DNA from: the human T2T-CHM13v2.0 reference genome, Homo sapiens
Reading direction: 5' to 3' (one strand)
Length of the DNA stretch: 64,000 nt
Assembly (NCBI RefSeq): GCF_009914755.1
Contig: NC_060926.1
Positions within the stretch are counted from its first letter, which is position 1; each line of letters starts with the position of its first letter. This document shows, one piece after another, positions 42,491 to 54,896 of this stretch. The position numbers and the translations under genes are program-made. The notes beneath the pieces were generated by a model, which was not told where the DNA came from, did not search any database, and saw only the letters and a program-made list of their open reading frames with translations.

Positions 42491-44603
42491 GTTCTGACTC
42501 ACCTGGAACCACTGCAGACACCACCCACCCCAGCCCCCACAGTGGCCAGCAGTGTCGCCAACCCTCAGGGCCACTGTTGGGAACTTGGCTGGGGTCCAGC
42601 GGGGTGAAGGGAGAGAGTGCCCCCGGCTGTTCTGATCCACCCCCAGCACCTTTCCCGGCAGCCCCCCTACCCGAGGTCCTGAGCTGCTCGGTGACTCCCA
42701 GCAGCGTCGAGAACACAAGGCCCGAGCTTTCTCACGGTTTGAGTTACAAACCCGGGCGGGGTTAGTGATGGGATTAACTAAATGGATCAGAAATTACCCC
42801 TCTCTGTTTCTCCTTTCTTACCTTTCTTTCTGGCAAGCACCTACTCTTCAGAACCATCAAGGTCTCCCCTCCTCCCCTCCTGGGACCGGGTGCTCTCAAA
42901 ACTACTGAACACCAATTAATTTGTCTCATTTACATGAAAAAGTGCAGAAGATGTCTTTTTACATAATTAACTATATTTTGCAAGTCATTAAAATTCTGCA
43001 GCCCTGCCCACAATAGCACCCTATTCACCGCCAGAGATAAGTGCTGGGGGTGGGGGGTGGAGGGGGTGAGCATAGGGGCCCACAAAGGAGCAGGCCTCAC
43101 CAATGCATATTCATGAGAAGTGGCTGCCAGCTCGCTGGGCCCGTTCCCACTGCTGGGGCAGGGAGGGCCAGGAGGGCTGGGTGGGCTGCCCTGAAGACCA
43201 CACCCTCCCGAGAGTGGGAGGGTCTTGCTCTGGGGCCACCCGTCTCTGCCCAGGCCCTGCCTTTGGCACCATCCCTGTGTCAGTGCAGAGGACCGGGGGG
43301 GCTCCGGGCTGAGGAGGGGCCACCTGCCTCTCTCCTGCCTCCCATCCACCTCTCTCCCTTGCCACAGACCAGCCCAAAAGAGCTGCTTGTGGGTGATCCC
43401 CCTTCCCAAAGGAGTGGCCTTGTCCCAAAGGGACAGCTCCCTGTCCGGCGGGGTCTCACGCGTGCACTGTTGGGGACGGTCTGCTGGATGGAGTTGGAGG
43501 CCACGACCCCTCCTGCATGGATCCCACTTGCCCTGCACCTGGCAGTGCCAGCACCATCTCTGCAGAGCATGTCAGGTGAGGTGGGGGCTTCAAGCAGGAC
43601 CCCACCCTTGCAGCCAAGCTTCCCTGTCTCCTCCTGTGGGATGAAGCAACATCTGCCATCCTTGGGGCAGCTTCGCCATCACTAAGAAGTGTGTGTCCCT
43701 GCAGCAGTGGGCACCCTTGCTACCCGACGCGCAGGCGCCCTCCTCCAGGCTCACAGGAGCATAAGCTAAGCCAGCAAGGAGGCGGTGAGTGGCTCCCAGG
43801 ACACAGCAAGCGAGGACACGGGCTTGGCATCTGCCCCTCAGGCCAAGCCTTCCACAGCCTCGCTGCTCATGTGCTGACGGCCCACTCTCTGAGTCAGGTG
43901 CTCAATCTCCTTTCAACAGATTGACTGTGAGCCCTGAGCAGGGCTGGCAGACTGGGCCCCAGGGCTCCCTCTGTCTTCAGGGAACCAGGAGGGAGGCCTG
44001 GGTCGAAGCCTGCCTACCGCACAGGCTCCTCTGAGCTTCTCAGTGCTCCCCCATCTCTAGGAAAGGGTGTCTGTCCTCAGGCACAAAAGCCATGAGGCCG
44101 GGGCTCATTCCTCCCCAGCTCCCACTGCCAGTCACCCCTTGGGAGTTACCCACCCCTGCAGCATCTTCTCTCTCAGGGGCTCCTCCTGCTCCACATGGGG
44201 GCCTGGCAGGCTACCCCTTCTCTGTGCCCAGCCTGGGCCCACAGTGTGCTCAGACAGCAGGCATGGACCTGGCCTCGGGGTCTCTCGGGAAGGGCTGCTC
44301 CTGGCTGGGGTCCTAGCCCAGCTTCCAGGAAGGGTCTCTCTGGGGTGGTTCTGAGCCTGAGCCAGATCTGAGTAGACGGACTCAAGGACTTTCATGGGGC
44401 AGAAGAAGCCAATGACTGCCCAGGGAAAGCAGGAGCGCTGCCAAGCCAGTGAGGTCTGCAGGGTGATGGACGTGGAGGGGCTGGGAGTGGGAGAGGGGCC
44501 ACACCTTCTCTGCGGGTGCTCTCTTCCTGGGGGAAAGCCTGCAGCAGGATGAGAACAAAGGAAGAAAGAGCTTCTTAAACAGGAAACCCTGGAAGAGCCA
44601 GTC

Positions 44604-45027
44604 CTTGAAGATGGACCCCGCATGGCTAACTGGGCCTAATTTCAAAACAGAGCCAAGAGACCATCTGCTGACTAAAGGCCACACACATACTGTGCGCTCC
44701 CAGAAAACCCCACACTCACAGCACTCTGGGGCTTCCATAGCTGCCTGTTCCTGTCCACCACTCCTGGGAAATCCATCTGGACCCAACCATGGGCTGTCGC
44801 CTGTGCCAACCAATCAGAGCTCAGCAAGTTTGTATCCCGCATTTTCATAGTGGACCAGAGTGGGAACCTGGGTGGGAACTTTATAAATGACGTCCCCTCT
44901 CTTTCTTCTCTCAGAACACACTTTTGTTTCATGCCAAAGGCTACGTCTCCCTGGTTTGCAGACTGCTCAATGGAATAAAGTCTTTCTTTTTCTGAAAGAA
45001 AAACCTTTTCAGGGGATTTGCCTACAA
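44604..45027 (+). mobile_element. ERVL-class solo LTR (LTR47-like)
   Basis: TAACTGGGCCTAATTTCAAAACAGAGCCAAG..CCATCTGCTGACTA; CCAAT (44810), TATAAA (44882) and AATAAA (44974) in LTR order. Confidence 0.7.
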
Positions 45028-46590
45028 CGCCCACCATGAAGCAGTGTCGGAACACGAGCCCTGCTCACCTCAGAGACCTGGAAGAAAAACAGGTGCTCTG
45101 CAGCATTGATTGCAGCTCCCTTACCGAGACTCGGTCTCCATGTTGGCAGGCCTGTTCTAGAACATTCCAAGTCAAGTCAGGATGGTGCCCATGTGATTCA
45201 AAAGGCCAGTTCCTGTCTTAGCTTTGCTGGGGGGAGCACATGAACATAAATAACAGAGATAGAAATACAAATATAAATTCCAGGCACTGGCACTGTCTAA
45301 GGGGCAAACCGGGCCTCAAAGCCCCCCATGCAGGATCATTTGCAAGCACACGGTCGTGTGTGCACGTGGCCTCTGCGTGATTCTAAGTGACCCTCTGCAC
45401 AGGCTGTGTCCAATTTTAATTTAAGGAGCAAAAGGAACATAAACAAGAGTCCAAGGAGTGCAGCCCGTGGCCTGCTCTTCAGTGTCCTCCGCTTGACAGG
45501 CTGTGGTCCCAGAACCAGGCTACACACACTTCCTGTTTGGTCTGGAATCCTGTGGATGGGCCCTGCTGGTCTGAGGTCCAGAAACGGTCCCCAGAGCTGC
45601 CCCGTCCAGGCCTTCTGGGCATTTCCTGCAGGGGCTGCACCCAGCTTCCTTGTCCCTTCCTTGGCCGCATGTCTTGGCACCTGTGACCTCCTGGCCACAC
45701 CTCTGCCCTTGGCCTCCTCCGGGCTCCTCAGCCTGCCTGGATGCTGATGAGGGCCTTGGCAAGGCATGGTGCTACAGGGGGCACAGCGTGGAGCTCCCTC
45801 GACCTCATCAGCTGGGGACCCAGACATGCCTTCCAGACCTGTCCAGGCAGCCTCCTCCTCAGGCCCTTCGTGTCTCCCCTGCCTCCCACTCCAGCACCCC
45901 TGAAAACACCCAGGTCAGGGCCCACCTCAGGCTGGCCCACTGGGCAGTGCCCTCCCAGGGCACCGTGAGCCTTTTCCTCCCCATGACCCTCTCTCCAGGG
46001 GGACAGCAGAAAGCCCATCCTCTCCCTCCAGGGGGTGCTGCTGACTCTGTGGTCCCCTGAATGAGACCATCACTGTCACTGCTGAAGCCACGTCACAGTG
46101 GCCAGGCCCACCCAGGCCTCCCACCAGACAGGCTCGGCTCTGGGCCACTCATCTCCTGGACCAGCGCTAGGATGCACACCCCTCCAAAAATAAGAAGGAG
46201 GGCAGTGGGTTCCGAACTCAGGTTTAGAAAAAACACCAAGACAGTGTGGTCCCTTTGCTGAGCTCCCCGCCGGCCAAGTGTGTTCAAAGGGTGTGCCTCC
46301 ATCCCAGCCTAAAGCCAGCTCATGCGCGTCACCAGCCTGCAGACAGCTCTCCCCAAGGCAGGATGTGGGTGGCTTCCAGCTGGGAGACAAGGGTCCCACA
46401 GGGCGGCCCTTGCAGACATGGGGGCTCTGCCTCGAATGCCTGGTCAGTCTCCACCTAGAAGACAGACATTCCCTGTAATTTCTGAAGTGGGAGTTCTTTC
46501 ACTTCAGCCTCAAAAAGTGTTTCTGAGTGGAGGGCTCTATCTTTATCCATAGCTACCATCTCAGGCAGCAGTAATAAAATGGTAGAGTAA

Positions 46591-46594
<4 letters not shown>

Positions 46595-46642
<48 letters not shown>

Positions 46643-46668
46643 AAGAGAGGAGAGAGAGAGAGAGAGAA
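46595..46668. repeat. Compound (GT)n(GA)n microsatellite
   Basis: Seen directly. Confidence 0.95.
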
Positions 46669-47577
46669 GTGGGGCGGGTGGCAAAGCAAATTAAATGCTG
46701 ATTGCCACTCAACAGGGACGAGTTAACTCTGGGCCCTGGCCTGTGACAGCACCCTTGTCATTCTCATGCTCCCCAGTCTCCCTCTGACTCCTGCAATCGT
46801 GCACCTGGTGGCTGTGTGTGAGCTGCCTCATAAACTGTGAAAGCAGGCTCCCAGACCCCAAAACCATGACCCCCAGGAGGCAGGTGTTGGCTGAGTCTCC
46901 AGAGCCAGCACAGAGCCCAACACCAGCTGCATTCCTGGGCAATTGTCTGGATGGGAGTGAGCGGCCCTTTCCTGCTGCACGGTGGGTCCTCAGGCATCAG
47001 AACAGCACCCTGCCTGGCCAGGGAGCCTTTGACTGACAGGCCAGGCGGGAGTCTGGGCCTCGGGATCAGGGGAAGGGAGATAGACAAAAACGATGCCCCA
47101 GACACTGGTGGGGGTGCCGAGGGCACCGGGAAAGGCAGAGCATGCCTGTGACGTGAGCCAGAGCCTTCTGAGGAAGGGCTGGGGGCCCCTCCCAGCCATC
47201 CGGAGCTCAGGCTGAGTTTGTGGTCCAGCACAAGATGTTCTCACTTGGGCCTGTCCCAGGCCACAGCAGGAGAACGGGAGACCAGTCTGGCTGGAAACAC
47301 TGAATCCAGTCTCAGACCAGAATGGACACTTCAGGGCCACTTTCTGAAGCACACAGCCTCGCAGCCATGGCTTTTGGTCTTGTGGCCATTTCCCGACTCT
47401 CTGGGAGCCGATCTCAGTTGCTTGCCCTGACTTTTCCAGCTCAGGGTCCTATCCACTTCATGAACAAGGAGTATGCCTGGGCCTGGAACTCACAGCTCCC
47501 TGGGGCCTCATTCGAAGGACAGTCGACAGATGGAGAAACAGCCCCCAGGGCCTGGCACAGGGGACTGACCCAGCGCC

Positions 47578-47763
47578 AGCGTGTGCCTGAGCCAGCTCGT
47601 GCCAGCTCATGAGAGCCCACTGTCCTCTTCCCATCTCTGCATCATCAGCTTGAAGTCAGCCATGCCAGGAGTGTTTACACCATGGGAATCAGCAAACACT
47701 AGAAATAGGGGACTTTGTTTTTTCTTTGAGAGTCCGTTGTTCAACATTTACCAGCACACACAA
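47578..47763. mobile_element. MER63A-like hAT-Blackjack MITE
   Basis: GTGTGCCTGAGCCAGCTCGTGCCAGCTCATGAGAGCC...GAGTGTTTACACCATGG...AACATTTACCAGCACAC. Confidence 0.8.
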
Positions 47764-47834
47764 GGGTTGATGAGTACGTTCCCCAGCCTGGGACAAAACC
47801 CGTCCTTTCCCACTGCCCTTCTCTTTTTGTTGGT

Positions 47835-47960
47835 AATTCATATGTCCACCCAATACTCACTTCATGCCACCTGCTCTGTGCCAGGCACTGGGGTGGGTGC
47901 TGGAAAGGCAAAGGTAGTTGGACACAGGCTCTGCCCTCCAGGAACCCAGGGGCTGGGAGG
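47835..47960 (-). mobile_element. L2 3' fragment
   Basis: CACCTGCTCTGTGCCAGGCACTGGGGTGGGTGCTGG...CTGCCCTCCAGGAAC. Confidence 0.6.
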
Positions 47961-48732
47961 ACCTGATGACGGCTGAGCGTTAACAGTTCCGACAGGAGGG
48001 AGTGCAGGACACCCGCTAGGGGAGGGAGAGAAGCGGCTCCGGGTACAGAGCACAGCCCCTACCAAGGACAAGAAGTTTCGGAGGCCACAGAGCTTCAAAG
48101 GACCACGTATGGCTCTGCATGCCAGGGAGGAGGGTAAGCTGGGGGCAGGAATGAGGAAATCAGAGACACCAGCAGGGACAGGATCGTGGCCAGCCCGTGT
48201 GCCTGCTGTGAGTGTTCACTGTGTCCTGGGGGCAATGGGGGCTAGGGCCAGGCCAGGGGGAGGAACCTGCTGGGGCCCACCATTTGGGAATAAAAACGGT
48301 CTTCTCATATTTTAGTGAAACCAGGTCAAATATTTTATCACAATTAGTTGATTCAAAAGGGAGCCCCTGGTCACCACTGACTCTTCCTTCGTTAGCTGTT
48401 TTCTAAGGTTGTCAAAGCCAGAGACTACGAGAAGGAGATGGAGACCCTCGGTAAGTCAGATGGTGCACAGCAGAGTAGGGGAGGCCAACCTGAGCCCTAA
48501 ACCTGCAGAAGAGATCTGCCAACACAGAGTGGCTCTCACTCTCCATACTCCAAGGCCAGGCATCAAGTGTGCACCACAAGCAGAGAGCAAGACGTTCACA
48601 GGTTGCCTTTCCATCTGTGGCTGAAAATCCTCAGTCCAGGGTTTCTGATGCCCTTGATTTTGTAAGCTGTCCTGCCATCGCATTAGGTATTCAGGTGCCC
48701 AGCCTGATGCTCTTGGCAATGACCAATTGCTT

Positions 48733-49597
48733 CCACCACCCTTGTTCCAGGAGAGTACAGCATCCCGTGGATCAGATCCACCATCCTTGTTCCAGGAGAA
48801 TGAAGCATCCCGTGGACCAGGTCCACTGTCCTTGTTCCAGGAGACTGCAGCATCCCGTGGACCAGGTCCACCATCCATGTTGCAGAAGAGTGCAGCATCC
48901 CATGAACCAGGTCCACTATTCTTGTTGCAGGAGAGTACAGCATCGCATGGACAAGGTCCACCAGCCTTGTTCCAAGAGAGGGCAGCATCCCATGGACCAG
49001 GCCTACTGTGCTTGTTGCAGGAGATGTAGATGTTACCCAGAGCCGTGCTGGGAGTCACTCATATTGGTTCAAGGGTGTAGGACAGATGTTGACCCCCAGA
49101 AAGGGAGAGAAACACCTGAGCAGCATCCTATGGACTAGGTCCACTGCTCTTGTTCCAACAGAGGGCAGCATCCTGTGGACCAGGCTCACTGTCCTTGTTC
49201 CAGGAGACTGCAGCATCCCGTGGACCAGGTCCACCATCCATGTTGCAGAAGAGTGCAGCATCCCATGAACCAGGTCCACTATTCTTGTTGCAGGAGAGTA
49301 CAGCATCGCATGGACAAGGTCCACCAGCCTTGTTCCAAGAGAGGGCAGCATCCCATGGACCAGGCCTACTGTGCTTGTTGCAGGAGATGTAGATGTTACC
49401 CAGAGCCGTGCTGGGAGTCACTCATATTGGTTCAAGGGTGTGGGACAGATGTTGACCCCCAGAAAGGGAGAGAAACACCTGAGCAGCATCCTATGGACTA
49501 GGTCCACTGCTCTTGTTCCAACAGAGGGCAGCATCCTGTGGACCAGGCTCACTGTCCTTGTTGCAGAAGAGGGCAGCATCCCATGGACCAGGTCCAG
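48733..49597 (+). repeat. Complex minisatellite: 45-bp units with a 363-bp higher-order duplication containing a ~93-bp insert
   Basis: Unit CCACCATCCTTGTTCCAGGAGAGTGCAGCATCCCGTGGACCAGGT; insert GATGTTACCCAGAGCC...AAACACCTGAG at 49029 and 49392. Confidence 0.95.
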
Positions 49598-49834
49598 ATG
49601 AGGCCAGACTTTGTCCTTCTATAAGAGGTGCCAGCCCACTTGCCTAAGGCTCAGTGCTATCCCCTTATTGCCTTCTCTAGCCCAGGTCTGACTATTGGGT
49701 CTTCCATTCACCCTCTCTACTCCTAAGCAACAAGAGTGAGCCACAGTCCAGCTGAAGATACAGAGATGAGCAGCCCAGACCTTAGCCCCTAGTCACCCCA
49801 ACTCTCCTTCAAAAGCTGGTGCATAGGGCTTAAG

Positions 49835-50300
49835 TGTGTGAGTTTGGATTGACTCAGCCAACATTCACTCCCTTCCCTCTCCCACTGTGGGTGGGATAGA
49901 CTCTTTCCTGTCCCATTGGTTTTGGGTTTGGTCATATGACATCTTTTGGCCAGCGGAACATTCTCAGACTGCACCTGAGCCAAGGACTTCTGTGCACTTC
50001 CACATTTTACCAGGGCTCCTGTCCATCTGGGATGTTATAAGGAAAGCATTCCTCATGAGTTGTTAGCTCTTCAGCTTGGTCCCCAGAACAAACACACATG
50101 GAACAGATTTGATTCTTATCCTTCATGAGAAGCCACATGCACCCAACTTGCAGATAGTCAGAGCCTCCAGCACAGCCTGGATCATCAGAATGCTGATCAG
50201 CCTGCAGACCCACGAGTGGGGGAGCAAACGCCTATTTTTGCACACCCCACAGTTGGGAGGCAGTTAGTATCCAGCACTACTGTGGCAGTGCTGATCAGTG
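49835..50300 (+). mobile_element. Old MLT1 (G/H/I-like) LTR
   Basis: TTGGGTTTGGTCATATGACATCTTTTGGCCA, CAGCTTGGTCCCCAGAA..ACACATGGAACAGA, CCTGCAGACCCACGAG. Confidence 0.75.
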
Positions 50301-51212
50301 ATTTTTAGAAAGGAATCAGAATCCATATTGCCAAGTACACGGGCACTGAGGTTAGCTCTTCCCAGGGGGTGAAGCCCAAGTAGGAGATTACACAGTTCCT
50401 GAATGACCCCTGAATTGCTCAGGAAATGATATGGCACTGGGGTTTTGTATCTGAAACTCTTCAGCCTGACCTCATCTTGCCCTTGTGACCTTCCTATCAG
50501 ATAGCCTGGAGGGCTGACCTAACGCGTGTCCCCCTGCCTCCAGCTTTCTCCAGCTCCCTCCAGCCTCAGCGCCCACTACAGACTCTGCCACTTGCTCTCT
50601 TCTCTCTGAGGCCTCAGCTCAGCTCTGACCTGGTGTCATCCTGGGGCCAAGCCATTGAGGAGTTTCAAAATGAGGGAGTCCTTTCTCCTCAGCTTTCCAT
50701 TAGATGCCTGATAAAAGCTAAGAGTTCACAGGGCCCACGTGGTGGGGCGCAGGCAGAGTGCACCCTGCAAGTGGCTCAGGGCTGGTGTCAGCACCCTTCC
50801 TGGATCTTCGCCGACCCAGAGCCACCACGAGCTCTTATCTAGAGAATCCTTTATGAGGTTCTGTGAGGCCACCAAGGTCTTTGAGCAGTCGCTTCTTGTT
50901 TCTTCTGTCAACTGCCAAACACATTTGTCACGAAAGGACACTGGGGGAAAGGAATGTAGCCTAGGTCCCGTCCCCTTGTCAAAGCCGCCACAGAAGCCAC
51001 CACTGGGCGTGCTCAGAGGCTGTGACCAACGCTGCCAGCTCCAGCCACCGTCCTCCAGGCCACACGAAGAAGGCCCGGGGCTCTCCAGAGGCTGAGGGCG
51101 TCAATGTCCACCCCGACCAGCCCTCAGAGACACCACGGGGCGAGAGGGGGTGTCCTGCCCCCACAAGCCGAGTGAGGAGGCGTCACGGAGATCACGGCTG
51201 CCAGAGTGGCTT

Positions 51213-51305
51213 AGATGCTGCCCAGAGCCATGCTGGGAGTCACTCGCCCTGGTTCAAGGGTGTAGGACAGATGTTGACCCCCAAACAGCAAGAGAAACGC
51301 CTGAG
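51213..51305 (+). repeat. Third, solitary copy of the ~93-bp segment embedded in the 48.7-49.6 kb minisatellite
   Basis: CCCAGAGCCATGCTGGGAGTCACTC....TGGTTCAAGGGTGTAGGACAGATGTTGACCCCCA...GAGAAACGCCTGAG. Confidence 0.93.
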
Positions 51306-52019
51306 TTAATTGAGTGACCTGTGCAGGGGAAGGCCTGGACTCCAAGATCCAGGGGCCAAAGGAGACGTCGGCGCAGCCAGTTGTAAGAGAAATAATTCAG
51401 TGGGGTTATAACGGGGAGATCTGAAGTGAAGGGGGAGCCCCCGAGGCCATGGCAGTGTCCCAGCAAACACTCCAGCCACCTCACCTCCTCCAGCCACGTG
51501 GGCCTGCTCCGTCCCCTGGTGCGCCCTCCTCGCCAGCTCCCAGCCTGGGACAGCCCCTTGATGGGGAGGAGAGCATGTGGCAGATGAATGGGGGCTCAGG
51601 ATGAACCCCCGGGGGGCTATTTTAAACATGGAAAGAAACCATTCCTATGCCTGATAAGGACCTGCGGAGGGAGATGTGGGACTTTACCGAGACCCCATCC
51701 AGAGCTGGAGAGCTGAGTCCAGAGAGCAGGGAGGAGAGGGGCTGTGGGGAAAGAGCAGAGCTGCTCCCCTCTGCATGAGGCCCCAGATTCGCAAGTCCCA
51801 GGTGATCCACACCCCAGGTCATCTGCTCTGTTAGAGTTGTGCAGAGGAAGGAATAGCTCTGAAACCTTTCAAACCAGCAAAGCCCCCGCGAGGTAAAGAA
51901 AAAAAAAAACCTATAAATACACACACACGCACACACACATACACCCTTACACACCTAGCTCCACGTGGCTCTATACACATTACCTACATGATCTACGAGT
52001 CGTCTAAAAGAGTGCTTGT

Positions 52020-52103
52020 CCTCGGGAGGCGGAGCAAGCCGAGGTCGCGCCACTGCACTCCAGCCTGAGCGTCAGAGCGAGACTCCGTCTCAAAAAAAAA
52101 AAA
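52020..52103 (+). mobile_element. 5'-truncated Alu (right-arm end)
   Basis: GGGAGGCGGAG..GCCACTGCACTCCAGCCTG..GAGCGAGACTCCGTCTCAAAA. Confidence 0.88.
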
Positions 52104-52411
52104 GGAATGGTTCTCAAAGTGTGGTCCACAGACTCCTGGAGTTTCCTGAGACTCTGTCATGGGTTTCCCAAGGTCAGAACTGTTTTCAGGGTAATACAAA
52201 GGCAAATGTCACCACGTTTGCACTGAGATACAAAAGCAGCTGTCACTCAAACTGCTGGTGCCTCAGCAGGAATCAGGACAGCGGCACCCAGAAACGCAGT
52301 AGTCATGGCGGTGGTCACCGCCACATATCTGCAGGAAAGAAAATGCAAATTTTACTTAAAATGTCCTTGATAAAACCATCCAAATTATTAACTTTTTAAA
52401 AATCGCAATCC

Positions 52412-52725
52412 TTTGTTTGTTTGTTTGTTTGTTTGTTTGTTTGTTTTTGAGAGGGAGTCTGGCTCTGTCACCCAGCCCGGTGGTGCAATCTTGGCTCACT
52501 GCAACCTCCATCTCCTGGGTTCAAGCAATTCTCCTGCCTCAGCCTCCTGAGTAGCTGAGATTACAGGTGCCCACCATCAGGCCTGGCTAATTTTTGTATT
52601 TTTAGTAGAGATGGGGTTTCACCATGTTGGCCAGGCTGGTCTCGAACTCCTGACCTCAAGTGGTCCGCCCACCTCAGCCTCCCAAAAAGTGCTGGGATTA
52701 CAGGCATGTGCCACCGCACCCCGCC
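52412..52725 (-). mobile_element. AluS SINE with (TTTG)n tail
   Basis: Full dimer; TSD TAAAAATCGCAATCC / TAAAAATCCAAATTC. Confidence 0.95.
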
Positions 52726-53435
52726 TAAAAATCCAAATTCTTAAGTATACATCTCTTTAATATTCTGCATGACAAAATGGGAAGTGCAGGTAAAGCACTT
52801 TTGCGGTCTACTGACGCCAACTGGAAAAAGCACATGTTAGGATCATTTCAGTTGCCCGCTGCACTGGCCGCCTTTTTCGTGGAACACCATTTTAATTTGA
52901 AAAAAAAAAAAAAAGACTAATGGACAAATTATGGCTAATTGGACTTGGGTATTTTGCAGACATTTTTCTCAAGAATGAATGAAATGAATCTTTGGCTTCA
53001 AAAAAAGCAACCGATAATATCTGTTGCCAATGATAAAATTCAAGCTTGCAAGCAAAAACTAGAATTTTGGAAAATTTGCATAATGAGCTTGATAACATCC
53101 CCACACTTAAAGGCTTTTCTGGTGAGACTGACGGTGTTACTAATAAAGGCGATTTTTGATATACTAAGATGTATCAATAATTCAGGAGAGCCACATACAT
53201 CCGTGAACAAGGGTGTTCGAAATGACTAAAGAGTGTTTTTTATAAAATCGCTCACGGGTGAAAACAAATGCCATGTGCAAGATAGACCAGGAGGTGTTAA
53301 CAGAACAAAGACAAGTTCTTTCTTTGATATGGTTTCAGATCCTACATTACAACCAATCTTCAAGAAACTACTGTTTGTCAAGTTTTAGTGTGGTGTCAAA
53401 GAATAATATCCACAGCTATCTAAAAATGTGATTTA

Positions 53436-53773
<338 letters not shown>

Positions 53774-54896
53774 CTATCTGTCTGTATGAGGCCAGATTTT
53801 CTTCATATACTTCAGCTGAGACAGGATATACCAGCAGATTGAATGCAGAAACAGATAGGAAAATCCAGCTGTCTTCTATCAAGCCAAACACTAAAGAGAT
53901 TTGGCAAAATGTTTAAAAAAAAAAAAGCGCCACTTCTGTCCATTTTGGGGGGGGGGTTCAGAAAATAGAATTATGTTTTTCATCAAAAGTTAAGATATCT
54001 GTGCTGACATGTAATGGGTTTGTAATGGTTAATTTTTGGTGAATTAACAAATGAATATTTAAAATTGTTCTCTAATTTTTAATGTCAATTTGATAGCTAT
54101 AACCCATATACACAAACACGGCCCTATGCGAATCTGGAGATCAACTGAGAAGTTTTTGAGAACTGCTGATCTAAAACCATGTGTCACTGCTTTCCAAGCC
54201 AGCAGATAGAACTCAGCCCGTCTGCTGATCAGAAAGTCACCCCCACTCCAGAACACACCCCACCATCGTCTTACCCCCATCACTGTGGAGCCCGCGGCTT
54301 GTAAGTTTCAGTGTTCATCCTATTAATTAAGACCCTTCGAAAGCAAAAGGATATTTTCTTTTTCATTTGCAAAGAAACTCATCATCACTGTAGAAAATTT
54401 AGAAAATATAGAGAACTAATAGAAAAAATCTACCACCCAGAGACAACCATTTTGACATTTTCCTTCCACCTTGTATTCAGGTGGTTTTGGTTTGCTGTTG
54501 GACTGTTCTCTCTGATGCAAGCCGCTGGGAGGGTGAATGCAATGCCTCAGTCATCACAGGATGACCTTGGGGTGCCTGGTGCCTCGGGACCGCACACCCC
54601 ATGCCCCATGCTCTGTCTCCTCTTCCACCGTTTACCTTTCTCTCTGGGGGTTCCTGAGCTGGGCTAATTTGCAGAAGGACTCTGGAGAGCACGGCCAAGG
54701 TGCTCCTGAATCTGGCCCTGGCCCCGGCACCTCCAAGGCCTGCACATCTTCTCCGCCTCTCCCTTGCTCCAGGGGAGGAGCCATGGCCTCCCAGCCACAC
54801 CGAGTCCCGTAAGCTCGGGCCCACCCTCCCTGCGCCCACCTCAGGGGCTCTCGGTGACCTATGGGGGCACACAGGGTGTGAGGGACAGTATAGGGG

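Noticed and set aside
48755-49590. REST/RE1 sites (CAGCATC...GGAC) in the 45-bp unit
   Set aside because: Half-site spacing and sequence deviate from CAGCACCnnGGACAG.
48733-49597. CRISPR-like repeat/spacer appearance
   Set aside because: Units are contiguous and degenerate, the two inserts are identical rather than unique spacers, there are no cas genes, and the DNA is primate.
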